This document shows positions 60,560 through 64,000 of a stretch of 64,000 nt of DNA, in pieces. Source of the stretch: Fistulifera solaris (taxonomy: Eukaryota). The stretch covers positions 496,001-560,000 of the forward strand of contig AP026124.1 of assembly GCA_030295235.1 (NCBI GenBank), read 5' to 3'. The translations under genes were made by a program, and so were the position numbers. The notes beneath the pieces are model-generated. The model was not told where the DNA came from and did no database searches. It was given only the letters and a program-made list of their open reading frames with translations. How positions within the stretch are numbered: the stretch's first letter is position 1; each line of letters begins with the position of its first letter.

Positions 60560-62083
60560 TTATTCAAGTCGAATTCGGGACTTTTGTGAAAACAAAAAGG
60601 AGCCATGATGGCCGCGAAGAACTCTCATTGTTCGATCCGCATAGATTACGTCGATAAACGCTTTTCCATGGCCACCGATTGGTCGATTTAGAGAGTATGC
60701 CATGGTTCCATCCTCCGACATACTCTCGGGAAGATCCGCTCCCGCAAATATCCGCGCAGCTAAAATGCGCGCTGACTGGATAGTCGAACGGGAGGGTAAC
60801 ATTTCTTTGTCAAACAACTCTTTCCAATCACGCAAGTCCGCCTCCTCATTCTCTACTTCGAGTGCGCCTCCAGTGAACCAGACAGTCAGTCGATTGCTGA
60901 CTTCGGGGTCAGGCAAGCAGTATCCATGATTCGTTAATAGGCATTTGATTGGACGACGAACGACGTATTCATCAGTTGACTGAGCTCCTACTTGTCCGCT
61001 CCGTGTTTGACCCGGTTCGATAATTAGTGTAAAAACAAGGCTTCGAAACAAAGAAGAGGTTAGAGCAAGGCATGAGTGGCCAAACTCAAGTGAATGCACA
61101 AAGCTTACTCGTATTTCCGCAGTGGGGCCCGACCAGATAGTGTGCTGCTCTTGATTAGACTAGCAGGATAGATTACAGGGCGGGTCTTCTCTTTCTCAAG
61201 ATCCCAGGGACATATTATATTGAAAGCCCCTTGGATCGAGCATAGTAGTCCAGTCGGCCGAAACATATCGAAAGCAATACGACCAAGTGGAAAAAGAATA
61301 TCGCCGTTCTCATTTCTGCCAATGCTTCCAGTGAATTCAGACTTGGAGAGCGAGCCAAGTACCGTCAAGATTGCAAGCTGTTGAAATATCTCCAGCTGTC
61401 CATCGTTGATCGGATCCGTGATCCCTGTAAAACTCTCCAAGTGCATTGATCAGCGAATGAAATTCAGGAGAGGTTGTATCACCTTTGTTCCGTCGAAGAA
61501 ACTGAATTAAAGTTGATTTCAGTTCAGGAATTTGATGATTGCGTCTGGATACGGATATTCTTTGCACCATATTATCTGTTGATGCTGTATCAGCCCTGGT
61601 TGATGCATCCTTCTCCCCATGACGAGTACTACTTGCCAATTCGGAACGATATTGACGATCCTTTTCTGTCCGATCATGATCGTTCAATTTTTGACGTTTC
61701 GAAATTTGATTTCTCTCTAGTCGCTTGTTTTCAAGAAAGTTTGCCTCTACCCACCACCTGTTAAACAGCATGTCGGCGTCAAGAGCCGCCGCATTCGCCT
61801 CATCTGGATTTATCCCCTGCATCAAACATTCCGAGTAAAACTTTGCCCGTATCAACGCTCTTTTCCGTTCCTCTTTTGGAATAGGAGCTACTTGAGGACG
61901 CGTAATGTTGGCTGTAACACAATTTTCTAGGACGAAATGACGAGGAAGTTGATGAGACCCGCTTAACAAATGGCTGTTCCGATCTTTAGATGATCTTCCT
62001 GATGTAGAGGTTTCATCTCTTACGACGAATGCTCCGCTGTCCGTGGATAGAGTCTTGCCATCCGATGGATTGTCTTTGTTCAT
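60560..62083 (-). CDS. PAP/fibrillin-like (lipocalin-fold) domain protein; intron ~61039-61108 and frameshift(s)
   Basis: LDGTWL...LGRIAFDMFRP and the C-terminal IDVIYADRTMRVLRGHHGS, typical of the fibrillin domain end. Confidence 0.55.
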
Positions 62084-63023
62084 TTGATATAGCCTCAATA
62101 CGCTATAATAGCAAGAACAAGAATGTTTGAAATTGCAAAGGCTTTCATTAACGTCGGAAGTCGATGCAAGGAGAAGCGACGAATAGTTTGAATGTGAGGA
62201 GTGAGGAAGACCGTTCTCTCAAAAACGTCCGGTTGTTTTCGTTGCTCGTCGTTCGTCGTCATTGAGTATAGAGTACAAAAATATCAAAGAACAGAAGGTA
62301 GAACACAAAGAACACAGACCAGCCCTTCTACAAAATAGGTCATACCAATTCAAAGTTTGGCAGTCACTTTTTCAGAAGGTGTCGAGGTGCGGTGTGTGAC
62401 GTCATAAAACGTGTCTAATCTGAACATTAATATCGACAGTACATGGTTCTTTGTTTCTTCTTTCTTCGGTTCTGGTCTTCTGTCATCGTTCTTCATTCTT
62501 CATTTTTCAACTGTTGACTCTATACTGTATACTGTCCGATGTCCACTATGTCCGTTGTTCCGATAATCGATGATCGACTTTTCCGCGGTTTAGTTCAGAA
62601 ATTGCCGAGCGACTAGCGACGGAAGAAAATAGTGGTCAGGTGACTTTTGGGATCGTTGCACTTCATTTTTCACCGTCCCCGTCCCGTTTTCTCCCAACGT
62701 CCCTATCATTTTTTAAAAAGTAGTGGCACTGCTTGACCCTAAAGGCGCGTTCACGAGCCCGGGTATTGCTAGCCTACGAAGCCAACTATCAAGGCTTCGT
62801 TGAGATTACCTAACCTTGGGTTGGCGGAGTGGCGCTCGATTACGGTGAACGATGAAGGTTTTCCCTTGAGTAATCCGCTAAGTTGATTCAACCTTAAAAA
62901 TTGACTCCCATGTCCTTTCGCTTCCCGTCTTTGTTCCACAAAAAGACAATGACCACGGTATGAAAGCAAGCCTTGAGAAATTCGCAAGGTTTCTTTTTAT
63001 CTTTATAGAGCTGAAGATCTTAC

Positions 63024-64000
63024 TTATTTCGATACTTTGTACGCAGACACCAGCGTACTCACAAGCGACTTATCTTCAGGAGCTGCGGTGCGTTCACAAG
63101 CTAAAAGCATTGCACGGAATAGCTCTTGGTTTGACTCCGTGAAGTAAGTCGATCTTACCGCGTCGATGCACTTGGGAGTTTTCAGAAATAATCCGAAGCA
63201 GCGAACAAATTCCGAAGAAACAGGTGGTCTAGCACACTCGAGTACTCCACTGACAAAGTAACGAATGAGAGATGCATCCAAATCAGACGATCCGTGCTGC
63301 TCCATCTTTTGGGATAATTTTCCAAGTACATCCGGTATCTCGCCTTCCAGGAGTAGCATGATGAGGAGCCGGATACTTTGTTCCTTGATTGTAGTTACCT
63401 TTTGGTAAGAAATGTCTTGATTTGAATGTCCCAGAAAATTGACAGCAACTTCTATGACCCGCTTTCGTGTGAATGGATGCTTCATACTGATAGTGCGCAG
63501 TAGTGAGAGAATGCTTACAGAAATCGTCGGGAACGCGGGAGAGCTTGCAAAATCTGTACCGTGGGTAAATGCCTCGGCCCAAATGACAACGCCCTGGGCA
63601 ATCGCAGCGCAGTTTAAGGCTAGCGAGCACAGCTTTTCGCCAGGTGATGTTCCAGTCTTTGTCTCGTCCAAAAGCATCAGAAAGGAAACCATAGTTTCTA
63701 GCTGTTCACAAAGCTGACTCGCCTGTACTATCATCCTTGTGAGAGCTACTTCGTCCGAATAATAGTCAGCCATATTTCCATCTTCTCCTGTGGTCTTTTC
63801 GGCAGCTAGGACAGCAAATGCTAATAACCTTGCGCACTTGTTGCGGAGAACTGGAGCGACGACTCGCGTTGAGCCTGGCTTGAATAAGTGTTCCAACAAG
63901 GCTTTGATTGCGACAGGGTGTTCGACGAAAAGCCTTCCAGTATCCGCGAAGGATGTGATATCGATGCCGCTGGGAAGAAGAGAATCCAGGACTGCATCAT
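63024..64000 (-). CDS. Negative elongation factor C/D (TH1)-like; 5' part outside the window
   Basis: The frame is open to the window end. LFKPG, K...LLA[FY]A, A.GV..W, HP, and DLDASLIRYFVSGVLECARPPVSSEFV, which parallels the TH1 signature D.SLIRYFV..VL....PPY...FV. Confidence 0.8.
   Translation of the reverse strand, partial: DAVLDSLLPSGIDITSFADTGRLFVEHPVAIKALLEHLFKPGSTRVVAPVLRNKCARLLAFAVLAAEKTTGEDGNMADYYSDEVALTRMIVQASQLCEQLETMVSFLMLLDETKTGTSPGEKLCSLALNCAAIAQGVVIWAEAFTHGTDFASSPAFPTISVSILSLLRTISMKHPFTRKRVIEVAVNFLGHSNQDISYQKVTTIKEQSIRLLIMLLLEGEIPDVLGKLSQKMEQHGSSDLDASLIRYFVSGVLECARPPVSSEFVRCFGLFLKTPKCIDAVRSTYFTESNQELFRAMLLACERTAAPEDKSLVSTLVSAYKVSK

Overview
Gene-dense eukaryotic nuclear DNA, most likely from a diatom. 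This is inferred from short GT-AG introns, ASAFAP-type bipartite plastid presequences and an Lhcr antenna gene. About 30 mostly housekeeping genes are packed with short spacers: PhoD, PUM3/PUF6, heme oxygenase, ATP synthase gamma, RPAIN, a TLC nucleotide transporter, Lhcr, HemW, ZNHIT2, INTS7-like, ASCH, PCH2, an RRM protein, RIO2, KDSR, MTD1, eRF1, a PPR protein, uL11m, proteasome beta1, a lipase, a CPBP protease and NELF-C/D-like. Many carry single-base frameshifts at homopolymers, most simply read as assembly errors. The most unusual signal is a dispersed quasi-palindromic element, TCATGACTGAAATGCAGTCGTGG(N11)CAACACT, with 7 dispersed copies plus 5 in an array. Every copy is intergenic. At five of six loci it lies antisense, about 160-550 bp upstream of a gene start. 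It is physically tied to all three repeat structures: a 221-bp tandem array, a 34-bp array with a hypervariable triplet, and a 4-kb island encoding an orphan repeat protein. All protein calls come from motif recognition by eye; no database searches were run.
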